Virus record (IMG/VR): IMGVR_UViG_3300043449_001497
Span: 8,744 to 72,743 of that record
Source of the DNA: a virus
Length of the DNA: 64,000 nucleotides
Reading direction: 5' to 3' (one strand)
Position numbers and translations under genes: made by a program. Under the pieces are notes generated by a model. The model searched no databases and was not told where the DNA came from. It was given only the letters and a program-made list of their open reading frames with translations. Positions 10,312 through 20,060 of this stretch are shown in pieces; position 1 is the stretch's first letter; every line of letters begins with the position of its first letter.

Positions 10312-10637
10312 TGGGTCTTGGTCTCCTTGGCGGCGCGTGCGTCGCGCCGGGTACGGTCCGCCAGGTCGATGAGGGCGGACACCCATTGGGTGTAGTCGGT
10401 CGGTTCATCAACAACGCCAGATGCTGCCTCCGAGAAGGCTTGCGCCAGGCCGCGGACATGTCGCATGGTGGGCATGCGGATGCCGTGGATGACGCGGCTG
10501 ACCTCTGGCTGGGTCAGACCACCTCTGCGAGCCAGCTCCGCGAAGGACCAGTGACGGGCCTTGCGGTGTTGCTCGACGAGTAGGATGAAGGGATCGGTGG
10601 AAGGGTCCACGCTTGCTACTGGACCAGATTCGGTCAT
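10308..10637 (-). CDS. XRE-family HTH transcriptional regulator
   Basis: RKARHWSFAELARRGGLTQPEVSRVIHGIRMP; RBS aggagg. Confidence 0.85.
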   Translation of the reverse strand: MTESGPVASVDPSTDPFILLVEQHRKARHWSFAELARRGGLTQPEVSRVIHGIRMPTMRHVRGLAQAFSEAASGVVDEPTDYTQWVSALIDLADRTRRDARAAKETKTQ

Positions 10638-10656
10638 GATGTCCTCCTGCCTGGAG

Positions 10657-10720
10657 AGCATACCTCGACTCTACCGCGCCGTCAAATGTTCTTGACGCGG
10701 TGGTTGACGCGGGGTACTCC
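10657..10720. promoter_or_regulatory. Back-to-back sigma70-type promoters
   Basis: Leftward TTGACG-17-TATGCT (10685-10657); rightward TTGACG-17-TACTCC (10692-10720). Confidence 0.6.
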
Positions 10721-10742
10721 AATGACGCACCAAGGAGACACC

Positions 10743-12656
10743 ATGTGGGACCAGCCACACTACCGCTACCTCATCGACCCCTCGCTCGCTCAGCACGCCA
10801 TCGCCGTGGAGATGCACATCCCCGGCACGCTCGCCTGGGCCGTGCAGGGACGCCGCAAGTTCCGCCTGACGAAGAACCAGTGGCCCGAGCGCGGTGAGCC
10901 CAACGTCATTGAGATCTACGCTCCCGCGCACGCTGCGTTCGTGGTCGAGCACTTCTTCTCCGGATGGGGCGTCCCGTTCAGCGTCGAGCCTGTGAACGGC
11001 GCAGACCTCATCGAGCCGTGGCCCTCGACCCAGGAAGGGCTGGACCACCTCGAACGCAGCGGCGGCTCCCTGCTGGCCAGCGCCGTGAAGCGCGGCGAGT
11101 TGAAGCCCCACGTCGCCGACATGGCCACGCCCTACCAGAAGCGCAGTGCTGCGTGGGCGCGCAACCGCCCGTGGACGATGAACATCTGGCCGTGCGGCAG
11201 CGGGAAGACCGTCGGTGCCCTCATTGATGCGTTGACACGTCAAGGCACGGTGCTCGTCATCTGCCCCGCCAAGGCGCGGCACGTCTGGTGGACGCAGGTC
11301 CAGCAGTACACGAACATCCTACCCTGGCGCCTCACGCCCGTGTCCGAGCGCCGGAAGGGTGAGATGACCTGGCACCAGTACGTCGAGTACTGCGAGACCA
11401 ACAACCAGCGCCGCTTCATCGTCGTGGGCGCGGAGAGCCTGAACGACCACCTCGAGTTCGTGGCGGGCTTGAACCCAGAGGTCCTCATCCTCGACGAGCT
11501 CCACATCCACGGGCAGTCCAAGCGTTGGAAGGCAGTGCAGGAGAAGGACGGCTCCGTGGGCTTCCAGCGCCGCCAGACGGCCTCTGGAGACAAGGACGCA
11601 TGGGCGGTGGCCATCATGGACCTGAGCCGTCTGCCGAGCCTGTCGCTGCGTGTGGGGCTCACGGCGACGCCCCTGGACGACGGTCGTCCTCGTCGCCTCT
11701 GGGCGCAGCTGGACCTGCTCACTCCAGGCGGCTTCGCCCACAGCTACCGTCGCTTCGCAGAGCGGTACTGTGACGCCCAGGCCAACCCGTACGGCGGCCT
11801 CGACGACAAGGGCAGCAGCAACATCGACGAGCTTCGGATGCGGTGCGCCTACTTCACGCACGAGGTGCCCTACAGTGAGAGCCACTCGAGCCTGCCTCCG
11901 ACACGGGTTCAGGTCGTCTACCTACCCGTCGATGCCCAGGACAAGGCCGAGCGCTACGATGACGCACAAACTTTCGATCAAGCCATCAAACAGCTTGCAC
12001 GCCAAGCTCGAGGTGAGTATGAGGATGTGCCCGCGCGGGAACGTCTCATCGAGGCGCGTCTCGCGGAGGCTTGCAGTCGAAAGCGTGGCTACGTCGTTAC
12101 GGAGGCTCTTGAAGGGCTGAAGGGGGGCGGCAAGGTCATCGTGTTCACTGCTCGCCGACGGGAAGCTGAGCGCTGGGGTGAGGCTATCCGCAAGGCGGTC
12201 TCGACTGGTGACGAGGCGAAGGACGCGACGATCTGGGTTGGGCACGGCGGCGTAAGCGAGACCGAGCGCAACGACATGATCGACGGGTTCCGAAACAGTC
12301 CTGGCCCGTGCTGCCTGATCGGCACGGGCCAGGCGTTCGGGATCGCGGTGGACGGCATGCAAACTGCCGACCTCGCCATCTTCGCCATGCTTCCCTGGAA
12401 GCCGGGCGACTTCCTTCAGTGGCGTGGTCGGTTCGACCGTCATGGCGGACGGGCCACGCTGCTGAAGGTTGTCGTCGCCTCCGCGACCTACGATGAACGG
12501 GTCGTCGAGATCCTGACCGACAAGTTCGGACCCATCGAGCAGTTCCTCGCGGCAGACGAGCTGACTGGCATGGGCGAGAAGCTGCTCGGCATGGAAGACC
12601 GTGGCGCTATCGTTGACGACGTGGTATCGAAGCTCGTCATCCTGGACGACGAATGA
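10743..12656 (+). CDS. SNF2-like (SF2) helicase
   Basis: CGSGKT, ILDELH, GLTATP and QWRGRFDRHG motifs. Confidence 0.85.
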   Translation: MWDQPHYRYLIDPSLAQHAIAVEMHIPGTLAWAVQGRRKFRLTKNQWPERGEPNVIEIYAPAHAAFVVEHFFSGWGVPFSVEPVNGADLIEPWPSTQEGLDHLERSGGSLLASAVKRGELKPHVADMATPYQKRSAAWARNRPWTMNIWPCGSGKTVGALIDALTRQGTVLVICPAKARHVWWTQVQQYTNILPWRLTPVSERRKGEMTWHQYVEYCETNNQRRFIVVGAESLNDHLEFVAGLNPEVLILDELHIHGQSKRWKAVQEKDGSVGFQRRQTASGDKDAWAVAIMDLSRLPSLSLRVGLTATPLDDGRPRRLWAQLDLLTPGGFAHSYRRFAERYCDAQANPYGGLDDKGSSNIDELRMRCAYFTHEVPYSESHSSLPPTRVQVVYLPVDAQDKAERYDDAQTFDQAIKQLARQARGEYEDVPARERLIEARLAEACSRKRGYVVTEALEGLKGGGKVIVFTARRREAERWGEAIRKAVSTGDEAKDATIWVGHGGVSETERNDMIDGFRNSPGPCCLIGTGQAFGIAVDGMQTADLAIFAMLPWKPGDFLQWRGRFDRHGGRATLLKVVVASATYDERVVEILTDKFGPIEQFLAADELTGMGEKLLGMEDRGAIVDDVVSKLVILDDE

Positions 12657-13639
12657 ACAAGATCCTGATCGATGCAGGCAAGAGCTCTCGAGGCTGGAGC
12701 CGCATCGGCAACTACTTCCACTGCCCGCAGCTCTTCGCCTACCTCTGCCGCACCGAGCAGATGGCGGACGAGAGCGGGTACTTCCCCAACCTCGGACCGT
12801 CCATCGAGGCGCTCGCCAAGGGCAGCATCGGTCACACGATGCAGGCCCACCTCCACGCCATCTGGGGCGCAGCTCAGCCCCAGGGCGTCGTCGCTGACGA
12901 GACGCTCTACACCGACCCGTCGGTGTTCATGGACCCGGAAGACGCGGCGGATGCCTGGTGCGCCAAGTACGGCAGCGAGCATCTGCTCGACCAGATGAAG
13001 ACGGTCTTCCGCGCCTACCGGGCGAGGTTCCCGGAGTCGCCTGGGGATGTCATCGCCGTCGAGGCTCCGGTCACCGCGGTGCTCGGGAACCTGAACGGGA
13101 ACTGGGGTCTGTGGGTTGCCGAAGAGAGGGGCGGCGAGTGGCGCAGTCTCGATGGGACCAGCATCGAAGTGACGCCCTTGAACATGCCCGACCACAAAGA
13201 GCACGGACGTCCGATCACGCTCACTCGCCGCATCGACCTGGTAACCCGCGATCAGTCAGGCCGCTACTACATCTGGGACCACAAGCACCAGGCGAATGTG
13301 AACGCCAAACACAGCGCCACTGCGTACGCCATCGACGGTGGCTTCGCGGCGTTCCGCATCATGGGCAAGCAGCTCTACGGCGACGCCTTCGGCGGGGTGA
13401 CCATCAACCTCATCTCGAGCACCGAGCCGGGGAAGGTGGCGCGCGCCCAGGTCCCGGCGACCCCTCATCGGGATGCCCAGTTCGCCCAGCAACTCTGGCA
13501 GGCCGAGCATGCCATCGCTCAGCTCGACATGACCACCGACCCGTGGGAATGGCCGAAGGCTCAGAACGAGCTCTCGTGTTACGGGCGGTACGGTCCCTGC
13601 GCCGGGATCAACTTGTGCTCCCTCGGCCGCGCAGGCTGA
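12653..13639 (+). CDS. Cas4/RecB-like PD-(D/E)XK exonuclease
   Basis: HCPQ, RIDLV, IWDHK and C-terminal C..PC..LC (Fe-S staple pattern). Confidence 0.75.
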   Translation: MNKILIDAGKSSRGWSRIGNYFHCPQLFAYLCRTEQMADESGYFPNLGPSIEALAKGSIGHTMQAHLHAIWGAAQPQGVVADETLYTDPSVFMDPEDAADAWCAKYGSEHLLDQMKTVFRAYRARFPESPGDVIAVEAPVTAVLGNLNGNWGLWVAEERGGEWRSLDGTSIEVTPLNMPDHKEHGRPITLTRRIDLVTRDQSGRYYIWDHKHQANVNAKHSATAYAIDGGFAAFRIMGKQLYGDAFGGVTINLISSTEPGKVARAQVPATPHRDAQFAQQLWQAEHAIAQLDMTTDPWEWPKAQNELSCYGRYGPCAGINLCSLGRAG

Positions 13640-13706
13640 GCGGGGGTGCGTTTCGTCGTCTTCGGCCCTACGACGAGATGGTTTCACATGGGCCACCAGG
13701 ACCAGC

Positions 13707-14696
13707 ATGACCACAGAGAACCCGACCGTCATGGTCGCCGTGTACGGCAAGCCGAAGAAGAAGAAGACCAGCGACGTGCTGGCCGCCTTCCCGACGGCCC
13801 TGTGCATCGGCGTCCCCAGCGCCATCACGCTCGTTGCCCAGAACGAGCTGGGCTTCACCCCTGCCATCTACCCGACGCCGCCCCAGACGCTCCCTGAGCT
13901 CGTCGGGCTGCTCGAGTACCTGGGCCAGTCCGGCATGGCCGCGCAGTACGGCGCGGTCTTCATCGACGACGCCAGCCACATCTGCGACCGCAGCATCACG
14001 ATGTGGCACGACGAGGCGCCCGTCGGCAAGAGCGGGAAGAAGGACAAGTTCTACGCCTACCAGCAGCTGAACAAGTACCTGCTCGCGCTCTCGGGCATGG
14101 CCCGCCACATGGGCATCCACCTCATCTTCACCTTCCACGAGCGCGCTCCCGGCACCGACCAGGACGGGTTCTTCCAGCCGGGCGGTCCGTCGCTCGGCTC
14201 GAGGAAGCAGACCGAGTCCTTCCCCTCCTGGTGCGACATCAACGTCCGCGCCATGATCGACTCGAGCTACCCCGACCCGTGGTTCCCCGGCGTCTACTTC
14301 TGCGACCCCACGTCGCCGGAGTGGGTCACGGGTGACCGCACGGGCGTGTGCTGGACGAAGACCCCCGGCAACCTGCGCGAGATCCTCCGTGCCTCCGCCG
14401 GGGGCTACAAGCTCGCGCGCGTCGCGGGGCTCGAGTGGCAGGACGACATCGCGGACGAGCTGGCGAAGATGATCGTGGAGACCGGGGACATCAACGGCTC
14501 CATCAAAAATCTTTCCCAGTCAAATCCGCGGTTTACGGACGGGACGGAACAAATCCATCTCCGTTGGGCTTGCCAGGATGGTATTGCCCGCGCTACCTTC
14601 ATGAAGCGCAAGGCGAGGAACCTCTTCGACCTCGCGCCCAAGGAAGAGCCCAAGAAGGGTGGCGGCGTTCCGCTTCCTCCCCCTCCCACGGCCTGA
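13707..14696 (+). CDS. Sak4/AAA_24-like recombination ATPase with degenerate Walker A
   Basis: VAVYGKPKKKKTS, VFIDDAS and IFTFHE; lies between the nuclease and SSB. Confidence 0.65.
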   Translation: MTTENPTVMVAVYGKPKKKKTSDVLAAFPTALCIGVPSAITLVAQNELGFTPAIYPTPPQTLPELVGLLEYLGQSGMAAQYGAVFIDDASHICDRSITMWHDEAPVGKSGKKDKFYAYQQLNKYLLALSGMARHMGIHLIFTFHERAPGTDQDGFFQPGGPSLGSRKQTESFPSWCDINVRAMIDSSYPDPWFPGVYFCDPTSPEWVTGDRTGVCWTKTPGNLREILRASAGGYKLARVAGLEWQDDIADELAKMIVETGDINGSIKNLSQSNPRFTDGTEQIHLRWACQDGIARATFMKRKARNLFDLAPKEEPKKGGGVPLPPPPTA

Positions 14697-14748
14697 CCCT
14701 GGTCTCTCAGGACCGACCACCCACCAACAGCAGTAGAGGTACATCAGC

Positions 14749-15372
14749 ATGTCTTTCTCCATCAACGGCGCTTCCTTCAAGGGCATCGGCACTCTCGGCG
14801 CGGGTCAGCCTGACGCTGGCTACTACGAGGTCGAGGGCCTCCAGGTCGAGTACAAGCAGGGCGACAAGGCCGACGCTCGCCGCCTGCACGTTCAGTTCGC
14901 GAACGGGTTCAAGATGTTCACGTTCATCCACCTCCCGGTCGAGGGCCTCCCCGAGAAGTCCTTCAAGGGTCGTCTCGCCGCGCTCAAGACCATCCTCGTG
15001 AGCTTCGGCTTCAGCGACGAGCAGATCGAGACGGGCGACATCAGCGACGCCTGGTTCGTCACGGGCAGCAACGGCGGTCGCAAGGCGTACGTCGAGTTCG
15101 TCCCCGGCCAGCAGGGCGTGCAGGGCAGCTACGCCGAGATCACCAAGTTCATGGACAAGGCGGGCTTCGAGAAGGCCGTGGCGTCCGGCGTGAAGCCCGC
15201 GGCTCGCCAGAACAACGGTGGCGGCGTTCCCAAGACGGGCGCTCCGGTTGTCCCCGGCGCGGTCCCCGCGGCTCCGTCCTCGACGGTCGGCGGTGTGGTT
15301 GGCACTGTGGCTCCGGCCCCGGCTGGCGGTCTCCGTCTCCCGCCCCCGCCCGCTGTCGGCGTCGCTCGCTGA
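14749..15372 (+). CDS. Single-stranded DNA-binding protein (putative)
   Basis: PDAGYYEV start, OB-like core, disordered tail; follows the Sak4-like gene. Confidence 0.55.
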   Translation: MSFSINGASFKGIGTLGAGQPDAGYYEVEGLQVEYKQGDKADARRLHVQFANGFKMFTFIHLPVEGLPEKSFKGRLAALKTILVSFGFSDEQIETGDISDAWFVTGSNGGRKAYVEFVPGQQGVQGSYAEITKFMDKAGFEKAVASGVKPAARQNNGGGVPKTGAPVVPGAVPAAPSSTVGGVVGTVAPAPAGGLRLPPPPAVGVAR

Positions 15373-15388
15373 TCTAGCGTAGCGGTCG

Positions 15389-15428
15389 GGCACCCGTCCT
15401 GGTTCACGCCGGGGCGGGTGCCTTTCTG
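15389..15428 (+). terminator. Rho-independent terminator
   Basis: ggcacccgtcctgg...ccggggcgggtgcc stem followed by tttct. Confidence 0.65.
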
Positions 15429-15467
15429 CGTTGAATGTGATATCGTCGGAGCGTCACGAGGCTCACG

Positions 15468-15902
15468 ATGAACCCTCAACTCTCTGCCATGCTCCACCTC
15501 TGGGCGAAGCTCCGCATGGCACATCACCTGTACTGGACGCTGCACTGGCAGGCCAAGGGTCCGTCGTTCCAGGGCGACCACACGTTGTTCGGCGACCTGT
15601 ACGAGGCCCGCATCCACGAGATTGACGGCCTGGCTGAGCTCATCGCGGGCCACTTCGGCTCGGCGCAGCTCGACCCGGTTCGCGCCTGGGCGATGGCCCA
15701 GGAGTGCATCACGTCTGCGGTCTCGGCTCCGACCCCGGTGGCCATTGCGGAAATGGTCCTCGAGGCGGTCGAGGAGGCGAACGAGGCGTGCATGGAGGGC
15801 AAGTTCCCCGCAGGCACGACCAACTTCATCTCTGACGTGGGGACGCACCACCTCAAGGACCTGTACAAGCTCCAGCAGCGCTTCGGCGCTCTTTCCAAGT
15901 AG
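15468..15902 (+). CDS. Dps/ferritin-like protein
   Basis: HWQAKGPSFQGDHTLFGDLYE...IDGLAE matches the Dps signature HWxxxGxxFxxxHxxF...D..AE. Confidence 0.8.
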   Translation: MNPQLSAMLHLWAKLRMAHHLYWTLHWQAKGPSFQGDHTLFGDLYEARIHEIDGLAELIAGHFGSAQLDPVRAWAMAQECITSAVSAPTPVAIAEMVLEAVEEANEACMEGKFPAGTTNFISDVGTHHLKDLYKLQQRFGALSK

Positions 15903-15914
15903 GAGGAACGCCAC

Positions 15915-16556
15915 ATGGCCAGCTACGACGAGATGAAGGAAGCCGCCCGCCGCGAGGCGCTGGGCGAGCAGGCGAGCAAGTTCTACGAGATGGCCCGGCC
16001 CGCTCGTCTTCGCATGTCCGGCATGGACTCGGGCCCCGTCGAGACGCCCCCGTCGCGCGACCCGCTCGCGGGGCTGCCGACTGACCCGAGGTCCGCCGCC
16101 GAGCTCGACGCTCGGTACGCCCAGGTCGACCGTCACCTGGCTGCGGCGGAAGCTGCCCGTGCGCGTATCCCCGGTGGTGCGAAGCAGCACTACGGCATGA
16201 ACAGCACCCCCGACTACGGCGACAAGTACGGCGTCGGCACCGCCAGTGCCTACACACCGGGTGGGCTGACCAGCGACAGCCCGTACTCGCTTGATGACTC
16301 CTACAGTCAGCTGGAAGACCTGGAGCGGCGCGGTCTCATCTCGATCCAGCCCGGCATGCGCTCCGAGATCTCTCGCGTCCGCGGACTCGCGAAGGGCGAG
16401 GTCAAGGCCCGGAACGAAGCCGCGCGTGAGGTCAGCGCCGCCCGCAAGGTGAGTCCGATGCAAAGGTCTTATGGCCGAGACGGGCACTTTGATGAAGCGA
16501 CGCTTCGTCGTCCGCCCGGCGTTGGTCCGTACTCCGAGCCGAAGAAGAAGAAGTAG
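15915..16556 (+). CDS. Hypothetical protein
   Basis: RBS aggagg; good codon bias. Confidence 0.6.
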   Translation: MASYDEMKEAARREALGEQASKFYEMARPARLRMSGMDSGPVETPPSRDPLAGLPTDPRSAAELDARYAQVDRHLAAAEAARARIPGGAKQHYGMNSTPDYGDKYGVGTASAYTPGGLTSDSPYSLDDSYSQLEDLERRGLISIQPGMRSEISRVRGLAKGEVKARNEAAREVSAARKVSPMQRSYGRDGHFDEATLRRPPGVGPYSEPKKKK

Positions 16557-16588
16557 CGTCTGTCGCGGTGGTATGATATGCCCCGTGC

Positions 16589-19423
16589 ATGACCTACGAC
16601 CCTCGCAAGTGTGGCGCTCGCTGCGACGAGTGCCCCATCGGCCCGCACGGCAAGTTCCGTGACGGGCCGTGGATGCCTGTCCCGCCCGAGACGCACGACG
16701 GCGCGAAGATGCTGGCCGTGGCCGAGATCCCCCACATGGAGGATGCGAGCCACGGTCGTCCGATGTCGGGTCGTTCCGGCCAGGAGTGGAACAACGCGCT
16801 CATGGCGCTGGGCAAGAAGCGCACGGACATCGACCTGACGCACGTCGTCGCCTGCTCTGCCGGGACGCAGCAGAACGCCTGGGAGAAGCTGACCAAGTCC
16901 ATCGACAAGGAGAACCGTCGAAGGATTGCTCTAGCGCAGCCCGTGATGCCCGATCCTATCTCGTGCTGCCGTCCGAGGCTACTCAAGGAAGCAGATCGTT
17001 ACGAGAACATCTTCGCTCTCGGACGGTCCGCGGCCAACGCCCTGACGGCGAAGACGCAGTCCATCTTCGCCCTGCGTGGCGGTCCGGTGTGGGTCGACGA
17101 GAACTACAACGCCCTGATGCAGACGCCCCTGGCGGGCGAGGAGCTGCCCCCTGGTGCGGTCCGCAAGGTGTTCCCCACCTTCCATCCGGGCTTCGTGCAG
17201 AAGAGCCCAGGCTGGCGCAGCTACTGGCACTCCGACATCTCGAAGGCGTTGCGCTGGTTCAACGGTGCCCTGCGCTGGACGGAGCCTGCCCGCACGTTCA
17301 ACCCGACGCCGGATGAGCTCGAGGCGTTCCTCTCCCAGGCTGCTCCGTTCTACGCCTACGACTTGGAGACGGACGGCATCATCGCCCTGACCTGCCAGGT
17401 GCGGTCCATCGCCATCGCCATCCCCGACCTCAACGAGAACGGTCGTGCGCTGCGTGAGGGACAGGTCGAGGCGAAGCGCTGCGAGGTCATGGGTCTGAAC
17501 CTATTGAGCGGCGACGGTCATAGCAGGTTCTATAGCGCCGAGGACGAGGCTCGGATTCTCGAGGTTCTACGGACCTTCTTCCTCGACGAGTCTAAGACCA
17601 AGGTCGGTCATAACGCCGGGTACTATGACCGCCTTGTCGTTGAGCAGTGGCTCGGGGTCACACCGAAGCCGCTCATCGACACGCTCTTCGGTGCCCGGTT
17701 CCGCGCGCCGGACCTGCCCAAGGGGCTGAAGACGGTCGGCTCGGTCCTCACCGACGTGGACCGCTGGGAGACGACCGAGAAGGGCGAGAGCCTGGCGCAC
17801 GGCAACGTCGATGACTGGGACCGCCTCGCGTACAACTGCACCGACTCGTCCGTGAACGCGCGCATCGTCGTGCCGCTCATGGACTCGGCGGAGCAGGCGG
17901 GTGCGTTCCGCGACCTGCCCGAGGCGCTGCGTCCGAAGAGCTGGGCGAACCGTCGCTGGGACCTCCACGAGGTCGATCACGCCACGCAGGACATGTGCGT
18001 GAACATGCACAAGATGGGCGTCTACATCGACCAGGAAGCGCGCTGGAAGATGGAGATCGACACCAAGGCCAGCGTGCTGAAGCGGGAGAAGAACCTCTCC
18101 GTGCTGGCCGCGGAGGTCGGCATCGCTCGTCTCGACCTCAAGTCGGCAGGCGCCAACGACGAGAGCGATGAGACTGAGGGCATCAAGCCCGGCAGCGCCG
18201 ACCAGATCCGAGACCTCTTCTACGAGAACTGGAAGCTGGGCATCCCGCCCAACATGGAGCCCCGTGACTTCTACACGATGTCGGGGATGCCCGGCACCGG
18301 GGACAAGGTTCTCCGCGGTCACCTCGCAGGCGGGCGTCTCACGGCCGAGCAGGCAGCGTTCATCAAGGAGCTGCGCCTGTATCGCCGGGAGAAGAACAAG
18401 ATCCTGGGCACCGTGCTGCTGCCGTTGAACCTCACGGTGAACGACCCGAAGAAGGGCATCGTCTGGGCGCCGGACGGGCGCGTGCGCTCGACCTGGAACG
18501 CTCACGTCACGGCTCCTGGGCGGCTCTCGAGCTCAGGCCCCAACCTCCAGAACATCGGCAGCCGCAAGGGACAGGGCAAGCTGAAGACCCTGTTTGCCGC
18601 GCAGCCCGGCAACCTGCTCGTCGGAGCGGACCTGGACCAGGCGCACCTCCGCATCACGGCCTGCTACTGGCAGATCCCGCTGCTGCTCGAGTGCTTCAGC
18701 GAGGGCAAGGACCCGCACAACACGCTGGCCCTCCAGGTCTTCGGGGACAAGTTCCGGAACTCCGACGGCTGGGGACCGGACGGGTTCAGCCTCTACAAGA
18801 AGCCGCCGGGTGGAATGGCCAAGGCGATGCGTGACGTCATGAAGACGTTCCGCTACGCCTCCATCTACTGGGCCGACCCGATGACGGTCTGGCAGGTCCT
18901 CACCTCCACCGAGGCGGACAACGGCGAGATGCCCTACCTGCACATGACCTCGAAGGAGGTCCGTCACTTCCACGAGACGTGGCTGAAGACGGAGCCGGAG
19001 TGGATGACGGCATGGGAGACGATGCAGGCTCTCTTCCGCCACCAGGGGTACATGGAGGAGCCCGTGCTGGGCCGACGCTCCGGGAACCTGAGTGACGGGA
19101 AGAAGAACGAGGTCGTGAACTTCCCCATCCTCGCAGCCGAGACGAGCATCATGCGGATCGCCGAGCAGGCGCTCATCGAGGCGTTCCCCTGGGACTTCGA
19201 GCGCAAGCACGGTCTCATCCACCAGTGCCACGACTCCATCGCCATCGAGTTCCCGGCACCCCCAGGGCTCGAGAAGTGGGGGCCGAAGAAGGGCGAGCCG
19301 TTGCCCGCGGAGCTCGAGGCCATCCGCAAGCGGGTCGAGGAGCTCATGACCGTGCGCGTCCCTGGCTGGGAGGTCACGATGACGACCGAGGCATCCGTCG
19401 GAAGAAACCTCAAGGAAGCTTGA
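16589..19423 (+). CDS. polA: Family A DNA polymerase with N-terminal uracil-DNA-glycosylase-like domain and 3'-5' exonuclease
   Basis: UDG4-like CxxC, AEIP, GRSG and PTFHP; exonuclease YDLET, GHNAGYYD and YNCTD; polymerase GRLSS..PNLQN, ADLDQAHLRI, KTFRY and HDSI. Confidence 0.9.
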   Translation: MTYDPRKCGARCDECPIGPHGKFRDGPWMPVPPETHDGAKMLAVAEIPHMEDASHGRPMSGRSGQEWNNALMALGKKRTDIDLTHVVACSAGTQQNAWEKLTKSIDKENRRRIALAQPVMPDPISCCRPRLLKEADRYENIFALGRSAANALTAKTQSIFALRGGPVWVDENYNALMQTPLAGEELPPGAVRKVFPTFHPGFVQKSPGWRSYWHSDISKALRWFNGALRWTEPARTFNPTPDELEAFLSQAAPFYAYDLETDGIIALTCQVRSIAIAIPDLNENGRALREGQVEAKRCEVMGLNLLSGDGHSRFYSAEDEARILEVLRTFFLDESKTKVGHNAGYYDRLVVEQWLGVTPKPLIDTLFGARFRAPDLPKGLKTVGSVLTDVDRWETTEKGESLAHGNVDDWDRLAYNCTDSSVNARIVVPLMDSAEQAGAFRDLPEALRPKSWANRRWDLHEVDHATQDMCVNMHKMGVYIDQEARWKMEIDTKASVLKREKNLSVLAAEVGIARLDLKSAGANDESDETEGIKPGSADQIRDLFYENWKLGIPPNMEPRDFYTMSGMPGTGDKVLRGHLAGGRLTAEQAAFIKELRLYRREKNKILGTVLLPLNLTVNDPKKGIVWAPDGRVRSTWNAHVTAPGRLSSSGPNLQNIGSRKGQGKLKTLFAAQPGNLLVGADLDQAHLRITACYWQIPLLLECFSEGKDPHNTLALQVFGDKFRNSDGWGPDGFSLYKKPPGGMAKAMRDVMKTFRYASIYWADPMTVWQVLTSTEADNGEMPYLHMTSKEVRHFHETWLKTEPEWMTAWETMQALFRHQGYMEEPVLGRRSGNLSDGKKNEVVNFPILAAETSIMRIAEQALIEAFPWDFERKHGLIHQCHDSIAIEFPAPPGLEKWGPKKGEPLPAELEAIRKRVEELMTVRVPGWEVTMTTEASVGRNLKEA

Positions 19424-19448
19424 CGTGGTGGTAAGGTAGTGGTATGGT
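19420..19448 (+). promoter_or_regulatory. Sigma70-type promoter
   Basis: TTGACG-17-TATGGT with a TG extension. Confidence 0.6.
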
Positions 19449-19471
19449 TCTCTCGACCAAGGAGAGACCAC

Positions 19472-19552
19472 ATGACCGAGATGATCGACCTGACGATGTG
19501 GCTGCTGGACCGCTTCGCCGACCTGGCGCGGTGGGTCGGGAGGTGGCCGTGA
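19472..19552 (+). CDS. 26-aa small protein
   Basis: RBS aaggag; stop overlaps the next GTG start. Confidence 0.45.
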   Translation: MTEMIDLTMWLLDRFADLARWVGRWP

Positions 19553-19848
19553 GCACGAACCCAGACGCGGCGCAGGCGTACCTGAACATGCACCTCGCCT
19601 TGGCCATCGGGAAGGGCGTGCAACTCGACGCGACGCAGACCGCCGCCATCTTCGCGCTCATCACAGACCACCGCCACGAGATTGAGGAGCTTCGCGACCG
19701 TCTCCGCGACGCACAGAAGGAGCGCGCCGCCGTGGTGGCGTGGCTGCGCGAGCAAGCCGAGACAGGTGACCCGATGCGGGCCACGGGTCGTCGGCGCATG
19801 GCAGACCACATCGAGCGCGGCGAGCATCGCCGCGAGGAGGGGGCATGA
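19549..19848 (+). CDS. Small protein, GEHRREE family copy 1
   Basis: Ends ERAAVVAWLR...IERGEHRREEGA. Confidence 0.7.
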   Translation: MSTNPDAAQAYLNMHLALAIGKGVQLDATQTAAIFALITDHRHEIEELRDRLRDAQKERAAVVAWLREQAETGDPMRATGRRRMADHIERGEHRREEGA

Positions 19849-20060
19849 AGGAAGTCGGAGACCGCCCGGAAGGCGTGCTGCGGACGGTACGCGATGTGTC
19901 GCGATGCATGACAAGCGTGTACCTGAACGACGAACTCATCGGCGTCGTTTCAGATCTTCAGTTGATGCTCATGCCGCGCGACGGCGTGTCTATCGACTGG
20001 AGCGCGTGGCGTGCTGCGAAACTGACTGATGGCGAGCACCGCCGCGAGGAGGAGAAGTGA
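19845..20060 (+). CDS. Small protein, GEHRREE family copy 2
   Basis: Ends DGEHRREEEK. Confidence 0.65.
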   Translation: MKEVGDRPEGVLRTVRDVSRCMTSVYLNDELIGVVSDLQLMLMPRDGVSIDWSAWRAAKLTDGEHRREEEK

